64,000 nucleotides of DNA, from positions 6,410 to 70,409 of the forward strand of contig JABWCG010000001.1 in NCBI GenBank assembly GCA_013359225.1, in the 5' to 3' direction. Position 1 is the first letter of the stretch; each line of letters begins with the position of its first letter. The stretch is from Candidatus Buchananbacteria bacterium. Its GTDB lineage: Bacteria > Patescibacteriota > Patescibacteriia > Buchananbacterales > UBA6539. The notes under the pieces were generated by a model. It searched no databases. It was not told the DNA's origin and saw nothing but the letters and a program-made list of their open reading frames with translations. Below are positions 19,604-28,366 of the stretch, in pieces. A program made the position numbers and the translations under genes.

Positions 19604-20881
19604 ATGTGGCTTAAAAAATTAATTCAAATTTGGAAGATTAAAGATTTGCGCCAAAGCATTGTGTTTGTAATGGGAATGCTAGTGATTTTTAGGGTTGCTG
19701 CGCATATTCCGATCCCAGGCATTGACGCTCAGGCTTTGAGCGATTTTTTTGCGTCTAACCAGCTGTTGGGAATCATGAATGTATTATCCGGCGGCGGTAT
19801 GGAGAACTTTTCTGTTGTCGCGATGGGCGTTGCGCCGTATATTACCGCCTCAATTATTTTTCAGTTGTTAGTCATGATTATCCCCAAATTGGAAGAAATT
19901 TCTAAAGAAGGGGAGTCCGGCCAGCGTAAAATTAACCAGTGGACCAGAATGCTTGCGGTGCCGTTGGCATTGATGCAAGCCTATGGTTTGATTGCGATTT
20001 TAAATCAAAGTTCCGGACAAATTTTTGTTGATTTAACTGCGTGGAATTTAGTTATGATTTTAATTACACTCACTGCCGGAACAATGTTTTTGATGTGGAT
20101 TGGTGAATTAATTTCCGAACAAAATATTGGTAACGGAATTTCGTTGATTATCTTTGCCGGTATTGTTTCTTCATTGCCCAGCACTGTTCAGCAGACATTA
20201 TTAACATTTGATCAATCCCAGATTCTAAATTTGATTATTTTTGTAGCCATTGCAATTTTAACCATTGTTGGAGTTGTTATTATTACCGAAGGTCAACGCA
20301 ATGTTCCGGTATCATACGCCAGACGGGTACGAGGAATGAAAATGTACGGCGGCGTTAATACTCATTTGCCGTTGCGGGTGAACATGGCCGGAGTTATTCC
20401 GATTATCTTTGCGATTTCAATCATTCTTTTCCCGCCGATGATTGCTCAGTTTTTCTTAACAGCCAAGACTCCGCTATTGGTTAGTATTGCCGAAAAAGTC
20501 ATTGCCATTTTTGAAGATCAGCTTTTCTACGGCATTACCTATTTCTTGCTAGTCTTTGGTTTTACCTATTTTTATACGGAGGTTGTTTTCAAGCCTGATC
20601 AAATTGCTGAAAACTTACAGAAACAGGGCGGCTTCATCCCGGGCATTCGCCCTGGCAAGCACACTGAAGAATATTTAGCCAATACCACTCATAAAATAAT
20701 TTTAGCTGGTGCTTTATTCTTAGGGCTTATTGCCATTTTACCCCTTATTGTCCGAAGCTTTACTGGTGTTGCAACCTTGGCGATCGGCGGTACTAGTTTA
20801 TTGATTGTTGTTTCGGTTGTTATCGAAACGTTCAAAAAGATTGAATCTCAACTGACCATGCGTGATTACGAGGGGCTTTAA
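19604..20881 (+). CDS. secY: Preprotein translocase subunit SecY
   Basis: The protein has ten transmembrane helices with conserved SecY segments, and it follows rplO as expected. Confidence 0.95.
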   Translation: MWLKKLIQIWKIKDLRQSIVFVMGMLVIFRVAAHIPIPGIDAQALSDFFASNQLLGIMNVLSGGGMENFSVVAMGVAPYITASIIFQLLVMIIPKLEEISKEGESGQRKINQWTRMLAVPLALMQAYGLIAILNQSSGQIFVDLTAWNLVMILITLTAGTMFLMWIGELISEQNIGNGISLIIFAGIVSSLPSTVQQTLLTFDQSQILNLIIFVAIAILTIVGVVIITEGQRNVPVSYARRVRGMKMYGGVNTHLPLRVNMAGVIPIIFAISIILFPPMIAQFFLTAKTPLLVSIAEKVIAIFEDQLFYGITYFLLVFGFTYFYTEVVFKPDQIAENLQKQGGFIPGIRPGKHTEEYLANTTHKIILAGALFLGLIAILPLIVRSFTGVATLAIGGTSLLIVVSVVIETFKKIESQLTMRDYEGL

Positions 20882-20892
20882 CCTCAATATCT

Positions 20893-21129
20893 ATGGGCTG
20901 GTTTAGCTCCAAAAAAATTTTTAATACTACTCAGCAGATTAAAGACGCATTGTATCAAATTCAAAGCCTTGATTATAAAGAGCGGCCACAAGTTTTGGCG
21001 GCTCTTGTTAAAGAGTTGGATGACGGAGGTGTGAGCCAAGAGGAGATTATCAAAGTCGTTCGTGAGTTGCGCGCCGCGGGAGAAATATCAGAAATTGATA
21101 AAAAAAATCTCCTGTCACTGATTAAATAG
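20893..21129 (+). CDS. Small hypothetical helical protein located between secY and adk
   Basis: It is 78 aa with no recognisable motif, and its spacing to the flanking genes is tight. Confidence 0.35.
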   Translation: MGWFSSKKIFNTTQQIKDALYQIQSLDYKERPQVLAALVKELDDGGVSQEEIIKVVRELRAAGEISEIDKKNLLSLIK

Positions 21130-21137
21130 ATGCCACT

Positions 21138-21788
21138 ATGAATATTATTATTTTTGGCCCCCAGGGTTCTGGTAAGGGGACTCAAGCGGAATTAATTGCG
21201 AGACGACACGGATTGCCCTATGTTTCAACCGGTGATATTTTTCGATATCATTTGAAAAACGAAACTGATCTTGGACGGCAAGCCGCCGCCTATATGGATC
21301 AAGGAGAGCTGGTGCCTGATGAGTTAACAAATCAAATTGTCCGTGACCGAATTAATCAGCCGGACTGTTCGGTCGGATTTGTGTTAGACGGGTATCCGAG
21401 GAATAAATCACAGCTGGAATTTTTAAATAGCATTAGTAAAATTGATTTTGCCATTATTATTGATATTGATGATGCAGCGGCCATTGAACGTTTGGGTGGC
21501 AGACTGGCTTGCAAGTGCGGCTTGAGTTACCATTTAAAACATAATCCGCCAAAACAAGATGGTATTTGTGATAAATGTGGTAGCCCGCTTTTTAAGCGCG
21601 ATGATGACCAGCCGGAAGCAATCAAAAAACGTTTGGAAATTTATCATCAAGAGACCGAGCCGTTGCTGGATATTTATGATCAGCTGGGGATTTTGCACCG
21701 CGTTGATGGTGCTAAAGAAATAGAATCAGTCTATGAACAGATTGATCAGATTATAAAAGACAATCATTCAAAAAAAGATGAGCAATAA
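21138..21788 (+). CDS. adk: Adenylate kinase (zinc-lid type)
   Basis: The P-loop GPQGSGKGT is present, and the lid contains CKCG...CDKCG. Confidence 0.9.
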   Translation: MNIIIFGPQGSGKGTQAELIARRHGLPYVSTGDIFRYHLKNETDLGRQAAAYMDQGELVPDELTNQIVRDRINQPDCSVGFVLDGYPRNKSQLEFLNSISKIDFAIIIDIDDAAAIERLGGRLACKCGLSYHLKHNPPKQDGICDKCGSPLFKRDDDQPEAIKKRLEIYHQETEPLLDIYDQLGILHRVDGAKEIESVYEQIDQIIKDNHSKKDEQ

Positions 21789-22563
21789 AATGATAAAAAA
21801 ACCGGAAGAAATAGCGATGATCAATGAGGGTGGCAAAAAGCTTTCTGAAATTTTAGATCAGCTAGTGGCACAAGCCAAGCCGGGCGTTAAAACCATTGAA
21901 CTTGATCAATTGGCCGAAAAATTGATTATCGAAGCCGGAGGCGTGCCCGCCTTTAAAAATTATCGTGACCGATTAAGCGAACCGCCATTTCCTTCAACGA
22001 TTTGCGCGTCGGTTAATAACCAGCTGGTCCATACGCCGGCTGGAAAATATGCCTTGAAGTCAGGCGATATTTTGAGTATTGATATTGGCATGAAATATCC
22101 GGCTTCCGGCCGGGGGTACTTTACCGATATGGCGGTGACAATTCCGATCGGTGAAATTTCACCCGAAGCAAAGAAGTTGATTGATGTAACCAGGGAGTCT
22201 TTTTATGCCGGGCTGGAAAAAGTAAAAGCCGGCAATCATTTGTCCGAAGTTTCCCGCTCGATCCAGAATTATATTGAGAAAAATGGCTTTTCGGTTGTTC
22301 GCCAGTTGGTTGGCCATGGCGTTGGTTATGAAGTCCACGAAGAGCCAAGAGTACCAAACTATGTTGACCCCAGACAATCCGACCTAGTTTTGGAAGCGGG
22401 GATGGTTTTGGCAATTGAACCGATGGTGAACGTCGGTAGCTATGAAATTGATACCCTTGATGACGGCTGGACAATTGTTACGGCGGACGGCAAACTGTGC
22501 GCTCATTATGAGCATACCATTGTGGTGACTAAGGATGGCGCTAAAATATTGACCAAAAAATAG
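21778..22563 (+). CDS. map: Methionine aminopeptidase type I
   Basis: The pita-bread fold motifs are present and the gene follows adk as usual. Confidence 0.85.
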   Translation: MSNKMIKKPEEIAMINEGGKKLSEILDQLVAQAKPGVKTIELDQLAEKLIIEAGGVPAFKNYRDRLSEPPFPSTICASVNNQLVHTPAGKYALKSGDILSIDIGMKYPASGRGYFTDMAVTIPIGEISPEAKKLIDVTRESFYAGLEKVKAGNHLSEVSRSIQNYIEKNGFSVVRQLVGHGVGYEVHEEPRVPNYVDPRQSDLVLEAGMVLAIEPMVNVGSYEIDTLDDGWTIVTADGKLCAHYEHTIVVTKDGAKILTKK

Positions 22564-22564
22564 T

Positions 22565-23008
22565 ATGTCTATTCTGGCCATTGATTACGGTGCAAAAAAA
22601 ATCGGCCTAGCTAAATCTGATGACCAAAATAAATTCGCGTTACCGCTGGGGATTATCTCTCACACCTCGAAACCAGCAACGTTGGCAGTTCTAAAAAAAA
22701 CCTGCGCTGAACATGCAGTTGAAAAAATTGTTGTTGGCGTACCGGTTAGCTTTCAGTCTGGCGGCAAAAAAACTTTTTGGCGCCAAGTTGATTTACAAAA
22801 TGAGCAGATGAAAGAGGTGCTTAGTTTTATTCACTGGCTAAAAGATGAGATTGATTTGCCGATTGAAATTGAGGATGAGCGTTTAAGCAGTAAAATGGCC
22901 GGTGGGTTGCTCCGAGGTACTGGTAACAAGGGTGCTGATGATCACGTGGCGGCAATGTTGATTTTGCAGACCTACCTTGACCGACAACAACACGATGTCA
23001 ACTCATAA
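22565..23008 (+). CDS. ruvX: Holliday-junction resolvase-like protein RuvX/YqgF
   Basis: The MSILAIDYGAKKIGLA motif matches the YqgF signature. Confidence 0.8.
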   Translation: MSILAIDYGAKKIGLAKSDDQNKFALPLGIISHTSKPATLAVLKKTCAEHAVEKIVVGVPVSFQSGGKKTFWRQVDLQNEQMKEVLSFIHWLKDEIDLPIEIEDERLSSKMAGGLLRGTGNKGADDHVAAMLILQTYLDRQQHDVNS

Positions 23009-23558
23009 TCTTTTAGGCATTATCTTGCGCCAAGCTGATTACCGGGAAGCGGATCAGCTTTTTAATATTTATACTGACACATCGGGCAAAATCATGGCAC
23101 TGGGCCGGGGGACTAAAAAGGTGAGCAGTAAACTTAATTGCCAGCTGCAGAGTTTTAGCGTGATTAATTTAATGATTGCACCGGGGAAAAATTTTGATCA
23201 TATCGCCGGCGCCGATATTCAACATAATTTTTTGCATCTAAAAACTGATTTTAAAAAATCAATTTTGGCATGTTTTGCTTTGGAGCTTGTTGACGTCTTA
23301 ACTAAAACGGGTGAACCGGATTCGCGGATTTATTCATTACTTTTTAAATATCTCAGTGCCTTGGATCAGAATAATTTTACTGATTCCGAATGGCAGGTAA
23401 TTCGTCATGCATTCATTATTAAACTGCTGACATTATTGGGCCTGGCGCCGGGCGCTGATATTATGGCTGACGCTAAAAAATTGAATGCGTTTTTAGATTC
23501 TCACCTAGATTTCCCGCTTAATACGGAAAAATTTATTTCTAAAATGATTCCTGTTTGA
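22977..23558 (+). CDS. recO: DNA repair protein RecO
   Basis: The N-terminal OB motif LLGIILRQADYREADQLFNIYT is present. Confidence 0.7.
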   Translation: MTDNNTMSTHNLLGIILRQADYREADQLFNIYTDTSGKIMALGRGTKKVSSKLNCQLQSFSVINLMIAPGKNFDHIAGADIQHNFLHLKTDFKKSILACFALELVDVLTKTGEPDSRIYSLLFKYLSALDQNNFTDSEWQVIRHAFIIKLLTLLGLAPGADIMADAKKLNAFLDSHLDFPLNTEKFISKMIPV

Positions 23559-23718
23559 CAGGGGATAACTTTTATCCTACCATTAACTAGGGTGTTGTAC
23601 CTTACAACACTTAAGTACGGTCTGAAGGGCCGCAATCTAAAACGGCTCACAGCCGTCTTTTTTTGTGGGCAGATTTTATGCAATCATTATTTCCGCAAGG
23701 AATAAGGAGTATGACTTC

Positions 23719-23976
23719 ATGAGAAGCAGTCTGGCAGGACAACGATTAGACGCGGGTTGCGTCGAAGAATTGCAGCAGCGCGTTGCCGTTGCAAAAGACG
23801 ACTTACGTCACAAATTTGAGGAGACAAAAGATCTTCCATTCGGGAAAGAAACATTCAGCGGGATTATGGTTCAAGTGCTTACAGCCGCAACACTTTGGGG
23901 CTGGACTGCGGGGTATGATCCTTGCCAAGAGCTCTTGAACTTTAGCCGAGAGTTACAAAACACCTTGGCCGCCTAG
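23719..23976 (+). CDS. Hypothetical protein (about 85 aa)
   Basis: The ORF was trimmed to the ATG preceded by AAGGAG. It is flanked by an inverted pair of similar terminator-like hairpins at about 23627-23652 and about 24107-24136. Confidence 0.4.
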   Translation: MRSSLAGQRLDAGCVEELQQRVAVAKDDLRHKFEETKDLPFGKETFSGIMVQVLTAATLWGWTAGYDPCQELLNFSRELQNTLAA

Positions 23977-24274
23977 AATCTGTCTTTTAAGCTTCGTTGT
24001 CTCGAGGGGTAACGAAGCTTTTTCCTTTCATTTTTTGGCCAACTTGACTAGATTTCGGTTTTTTGATAATGTTTGTCGAAGGGGGTTGGCACTTTGACAA
24101 CCTTAGCAAAAACGGCATGTGAGCCGTTATTTTTTTGCGTCAAATCGGGTAGCTGAAGCGTCCAGATCAAGAATTCCTTGGTCTGGCAATGAGTGAAAGT
24201 GAGGGAAGTTGTACAATAACATATTGGGTGTTGGCAGGTTGCACAAGGCAGCAAGACAGTAGGAGATAGGCAGG

Positions 24275-26002
24275 ATGAGGCATTACATTTCAACGCGCTT
24301 GTTGGGTAAAACCAACCAAGCAAGACGCGAGCAGTTTATCAGACTGCTAGCGCTTGGCCTTAGACAGGCCACGTATTTTGGCCGCGGTTTGGAACCGCCG
24401 CCGCTGGACACCGGCAAGCGGGTGACTGTTGCAACGGTGTTTGAAGAAGCGAGTACCAGAACTCGTAACTCAAGTGAAATGGCGGCTTCCCGGCTGCGTT
24501 GCTATGTGCAGCATGGCATTTCGGTAAGCGATTCTTCGCTTGCCAAAAACGAGAGTCTGGAAGACACCTTGACCATGCTTGGTCAGTACGGCGTCTGGGG
24601 CGTGATTGTGCGCACCAAAACAGAAGGTGCCGGACTCTGGTTAGCCCAAGAGCTGCAAAAGCTTGAAGGCGAAGAAACCTGGCTGCCGCGCGGCATGTCG
24701 GTGATTATTGGTGGTGAGGGCAAAAAAACCCACGCCACGCAGCTTCTGCTCGATTGTCTGACCATTGTCCTTAACGAGCTTGGTGCTCGGCGGATGGATC
24801 AGGTCGGCGTCATCGACGAGTTTCTTAAACAACCGGAAGAGCTGGTGCATCAAAAGATCGGCGAGATACTCGACCGGTTGAAGATTTGTTTTGTCGGCGA
24901 CTTGAAGTACAGTCGTGTGGTCCATTCGTGGGCTGATCTTGGCGAACTTTTCACTATTGAATACTGCTTTGTCGCCCCGGAACCGTTTCAGCTGGAAACC
25001 TGGGCGACGCCGCACCGTTCGACGGTAACTACCGACCTTGACGCCTCGCTTGAGTACCCGTATGTCTATTTTATGCGGGCACAAATCGAGCGTCTGACCG
25101 GCACGCCGGACAGTCCTGGTCCGATGACCAAGCGCGAAGCGATTCGGCTTGTTCAATCGCTTGAAGCAAACGAGCAGTATCTTGACCGCTGTCAGGGCAA
25201 GCTGCTTCACGCTCAGCCGCGCGACCAGGCATTGCCGATGATCCCGAATCAGTTCAAGAATCACCCCAAGGTGATCATGCTGATGCAGTCGGCTTGCGGT
25301 GTTCCGGCGCGCGAAGCAGTGCTGATGGAGTGCTATCGGGGTCGGTTTGAAACCGAAGACCTGATTTCGGTGCCCTCAATCGGGTTTGACCAGGCTTGGG
25401 TAACCAAGCAGGAAAGCTGGTACGCTCACTTTGAGGCGCTGAAAGTCAAATCCGCGGGGCGCAACGTCATCATCGAACCGATTGAAAACGGAACAGCCGT
25501 TGATCGGACCGAAGAGCACATGATCCGGGTGCACGACGAAATCTTCGGTGAAGACGGAGTGTATCATCAGGCTAGTGGCCGACAAATCCTGCCTGGCCGT
25601 CGTCTGGATTCGCCCTGCATGGGTCGTCCTAAGGGGACGTTGTGGCTGTATGGCTACCGCATTTCGCCCGAACAGGCGCTTAAGCACGGCTTGATTTCGC
25701 CGCACGTCAAGTTCAGTCATATGGACAAGACAGGCGAAGATGCCGGCGAGAGCGCTCACGGCTACCTGCGGGTTGAATATCCGCTGCCGGAAATAGTTGA
25801 GGGCTTTCGTTGCCTCAACGAAAACTGCATTACGCGTCGGACCGATATCGCCAGGCCGATCTTCAGAGTTCATGGCGAAAAGGGCCGCGAGACGCCTGAC
25901 CACTATGCCGATGCCGGTTTGGAATGCATTTCCTGTGGTGACCGAGTCACCGCAAAAGAAATGGTTCAGGCCTGTTACGGCAGCCTGGTTTTGCACCGCT
26001 AG
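24275..26002 (+). CDS. pyrBI: Aspartate carbamoyltransferase catalytic-domain / PyrI regulatory-domain fusion (single polypeptide), GC-rich
   Basis: Catalytic-domain motifs are present: FEEASTRTR (carbamoyl-phosphate binding STRTR), THATQ (corresponding to HPTQ), VGDLKYSRVVHSW (compare VGDLKYGRTVHSL), RAQ (corresponding to R229/Q231) and HAQP (corresponding to HPLP). The C-terminus has PyrI-like motifs IENGTAVD and the zinc site CLNENC...CISCGD. Confidence 0.7.
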   Translation: MRHYISTRLLGKTNQARREQFIRLLALGLRQATYFGRGLEPPPLDTGKRVTVATVFEEASTRTRNSSEMAASRLRCYVQHGISVSDSSLAKNESLEDTLTMLGQYGVWGVIVRTKTEGAGLWLAQELQKLEGEETWLPRGMSVIIGGEGKKTHATQLLLDCLTIVLNELGARRMDQVGVIDEFLKQPEELVHQKIGEILDRLKICFVGDLKYSRVVHSWADLGELFTIEYCFVAPEPFQLETWATPHRSTVTTDLDASLEYPYVYFMRAQIERLTGTPDSPGPMTKREAIRLVQSLEANEQYLDRCQGKLLHAQPRDQALPMIPNQFKNHPKVIMLMQSACGVPAREAVLMECYRGRFETEDLISVPSIGFDQAWVTKQESWYAHFEALKVKSAGRNVIIEPIENGTAVDRTEEHMIRVHDEIFGEDGVYHQASGRQILPGRRLDSPCMGRPKGTLWLYGYRISPEQALKHGLISPHVKFSHMDKTGEDAGESAHGYLRVEYPLPEIVEGFRCLNENCITRRTDIARPIFRVHGEKGRETPDHYADAGLECISCGDRVTAKEMVQACYGSLVLHR

Positions 26003-26023
26003 TTTTTGCTACGGAATTTATCA

Positions 26024-26057
26024 AGCACGGTTGGTGACAATCGTGCTTTTTTCTTTT
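26024..26057 (+). terminator. Intrinsic terminator after the carbamoyltransferase fusion
   Basis: The stem AGCACG/CGTGCT is followed by a T6 run. Confidence 0.55.
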
Positions 26058-26075
26058 GGTTAAAACAACAATTTT

Positions 26076-26116
26076 TGTAAAAAAAGAAGCGCGACAATTG
26101 GATGTGTTTGTCGCGC
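26076..26116 (-). terminator. Intrinsic terminator for the convergent minus-strand ORF
   Basis: A 9-bp stem GCGCGACAA/TTGTCGCGC has a T-run on the minus strand. Confidence 0.5.
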
Positions 26117-26131
26117 CGGGGCGGGGGAGGT

Positions 26132-26395
26132 TTACGAGAAGATAGGAGACGCACTCCAGATGTTGAAGACCAGCCTCCCGAAGATCGGATGGCTGAAACT
26201 ACACTGGGAATGATACTTCCCACCTTCTTGCCGGTCTTTCCAGCCATTATACACTCCTTCCGCTTGCGCAATGTTCAAATACTCTTCTGCCTGATGTTCC
26301 GGGATCGCTAAGACCCCTTTGTTTTTGGCGCAGGCAGCGCACCAATGTTCGAACTCTTCTTGTCCGTTAACCGCAATCGCAGCTGTGGCACTCAT
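26132..26395 (-). CDS. Hypothetical protein (about 87 aa), GC-rich
   Basis: The ORF was trimmed to the ATG preceded by a strong GGGAGGTGA ribosome-binding site. It is convergent with the carbamoyltransferase fusion. Confidence 0.45.
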   Translation of the reverse strand: MSATAAIAVNGQEEFEHWCAACAKNKGVLAIPEHQAEEYLNIAQAEGVYNGWKDRQEGGKYHSQCSFSHPIFGRLVFNIWSASPIFS

Positions 26396-26581
26396 TTCGG
26401 ATTCACCTCCCTTCTGTGCGAGATTAGTGGCCAAGATTTAAGGATAAACATAAATATAAAGTAAAACGATAATTTTGTCAAGTGTTTGTGAGCTTATTGC
26501 CGGCCCGGGCAAGGTTGCTTTTTAGAAGCAAAAATTGTATGATTAAGGTATTAAACAGCTAATTTTTTATTTATTTAGTCT

Positions 26582-28033
26582 ATGGCAAGAACACCAATCG
26601 CCGAAGTGGTTAATAAGGCGGGTCAACAAGTAGAGGTGATCGGCTGGGTTCATACCAGGCGCGACCACGGTAAGATTATTTTTATTGATTTACGCGATCG
26701 TAGTGGTATTTTACAGGTGGTTTTTGAGCCAAAATTTGCGCAGGCCCACGCCCTAGCAAATAATTTACGTTCTGAATTCGTTATTAAGATTACTGGCACT
26801 ATCAACAAGCGTCCGGAAAAGATGATTAATGCCAAAATTGCCACCGGTACCGTTGAAATGACAGGAGAAGGTCTAGAGATTATCAATGAGGCCAAAACGC
26901 CGCCATTTGAAATTGATGGTGCTCAGGAACCGGGCGAAGAAATCCGAATGAAATATCGGTATCTTGATTTGCGGCGCGAGCGGATGAAAAATAACTTACT
27001 AATGCGCCACCGGATCATCAAAATGGCCCGCGATTATTATGACAATCTCGGATTTATTGAAGTGGAAACGCCGGCTTTGACTAAGGGGACGCCAGAAGGC
27101 GCCAGAGAATTTATCGTCCCGGCCAGAATGTGGCCCGGTAAGTTTTATGTTTTACCGCAGTCGCCGCAGCAGTTTAAGCAGCTATTAATGGTTGGCGGTA
27201 TTGAAAAGTATTTTCAGATTGCCAGGTGTTTTCGCGATGAAGACACCAGAGGCGACCGTCAGGCGGAGTTCACGCAAATTGACGTTGAAATGAGTTTTAT
27301 TGATGAAGAAGACGTGATGAAGATGGTTGAGGAATTAATGATCAAAATTGTCACGGAGCTATATCCAAACAAAAAAATTACCACCCAGCCGTTTCCGCGC
27401 CTGCCCTACGACGAGCTGATGAAGAAATATCATAGTGATAAGGCGGACTTGCGCAAAGACAAAACCGACCCAAACGAACTGGCATTCCACTGGATGGTTG
27501 AACCGCCGGCGTTTAAAAAGTCTGAAACCGAAAAGAAGCTTGTGGCAACCCATCATCCGTTTACCATGCCTAACCTAGAAGACATGAAACAGTATCCGGA
27601 CAATCCGGAAATGTGGCGTTCACGAGCGTATGACTTGATTTTAAACGGCACCGAAATTTGGGGCGGCTCAATCAGAATTCACTTGCATGATATTCAGCAA
27701 AAAGTTTTTGCCATTCTTGGTTTAACTCCGGAAGAAGTGGAAAATCGGTTTGGGCATATGCTTAAAGCGTTTGAATATGGCGCGCCGCCGCACGGGGGAG
27801 TTGCCGCCGGCTTGGATCGCATTGTCAGCATTTTACAAAATGAACCAAGTATCAGAGATGTTATTGCCTTTCCGAAAACCGGTGACAGCCGAGATTTATT
27901 GATGGACGCGCCAAACATTGTCAGTAGCAAAACGCTTAAAGAGGCTAATATCCGATTGTCTGAAGAAGCAATTGCCGCGGCCAAAGAAAAGGGCGAGCGG
28001 CTGGAGGGGTTTGACACGGCCATGGCCGATTAA
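26582..28033 (+). CDS. aspS: Aspartyl-tRNA synthetase, short form lacking the large bacterial insertion domain
   Basis: The class II motifs and the FRDEDTRGDRQAEFTQIDVEMSF segment are present. It is 483 aa, compared with about 590 aa for typical bacterial enzymes. Confidence 0.85.
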   Translation: MARTPIAEVVNKAGQQVEVIGWVHTRRDHGKIIFIDLRDRSGILQVVFEPKFAQAHALANNLRSEFVIKITGTINKRPEKMINAKIATGTVEMTGEGLEIINEAKTPPFEIDGAQEPGEEIRMKYRYLDLRRERMKNNLLMRHRIIKMARDYYDNLGFIEVETPALTKGTPEGAREFIVPARMWPGKFYVLPQSPQQFKQLLMVGGIEKYFQIARCFRDEDTRGDRQAEFTQIDVEMSFIDEEDVMKMVEELMIKIVTELYPNKKITTQPFPRLPYDELMKKYHSDKADLRKDKTDPNELAFHWMVEPPAFKKSETEKKLVATHHPFTMPNLEDMKQYPDNPEMWRSRAYDLILNGTEIWGGSIRIHLHDIQQKVFAILGLTPEEVENRFGHMLKAFEYGAPPHGGVAAGLDRIVSILQNEPSIRDVIAFPKTGDSRDLLMDAPNIVSSKTLKEANIRLSEEAIAAAKEKGERLEGFDTAMAD

Positions 28034-28046
28034 GAGTAAACCACTT

Positions 28047-28349
28047 ATGAAACTATCTGCTTTACAAAAATACATTTTAAAGCAGGCGTTTCTTTCCCGG
28101 GACAAAACTGTTTCCAAAAGTGTACTGGAGAAGTTTTATAGTGACTCCAAAGCTAAGCCTAAGCAAAAAGATTTAGTTAATATTATCAGCCGAAGTGTTG
28201 AACGGTTAATTAAAAAGGAACTAATCATCGGTTACGGGTGGCAGACACCGCATAAGTGGTTTGTTGATAAAGTAAAATTGACCAATAAGGGTCGGTTGGA
28301 GGCCAAAAATTTGTTTGGCATTCAACAAAAATTACCATTTAAAAAATAA
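28047..28349 (+). CDS. Hypothetical protein (about 100 aa), possibly winged-helix
   Basis: The ORF was trimmed to the first ATG after the aspS stop; a longer version would overlap aspS. Confidence 0.35.
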   Translation: MKLSALQKYILKQAFLSRDKTVSKSVLEKFYSDSKAKPKQKDLVNIISRSVERLIKKELIIGYGWQTPHKWFVDKVKLTNKGRLEAKNLFGIQQKLPFKK

Positions 28350-28366
28350 TAATTAGATTTAACTAT

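Noticed and set aside
23665-23718. A GTG start at 23665 for the 103-aa ORF
   Set aside because: The GTG lies inside the T-run of the upstream terminator hairpin, whereas the ATG at 23719 has an AAGGAG ribosome-binding site. The shorter ORF was kept.
24641-25996. Long minus-strand ORFs (24641-25264 and 25376-25996) inside the carbamoyltransferase fusion gene
   Set aside because: They are antisense ORFs of the kind expected by chance in GC-rich sequence. The plus-strand gene has clear catalytic and regulatory motifs, a ribosome-binding site and a terminator.
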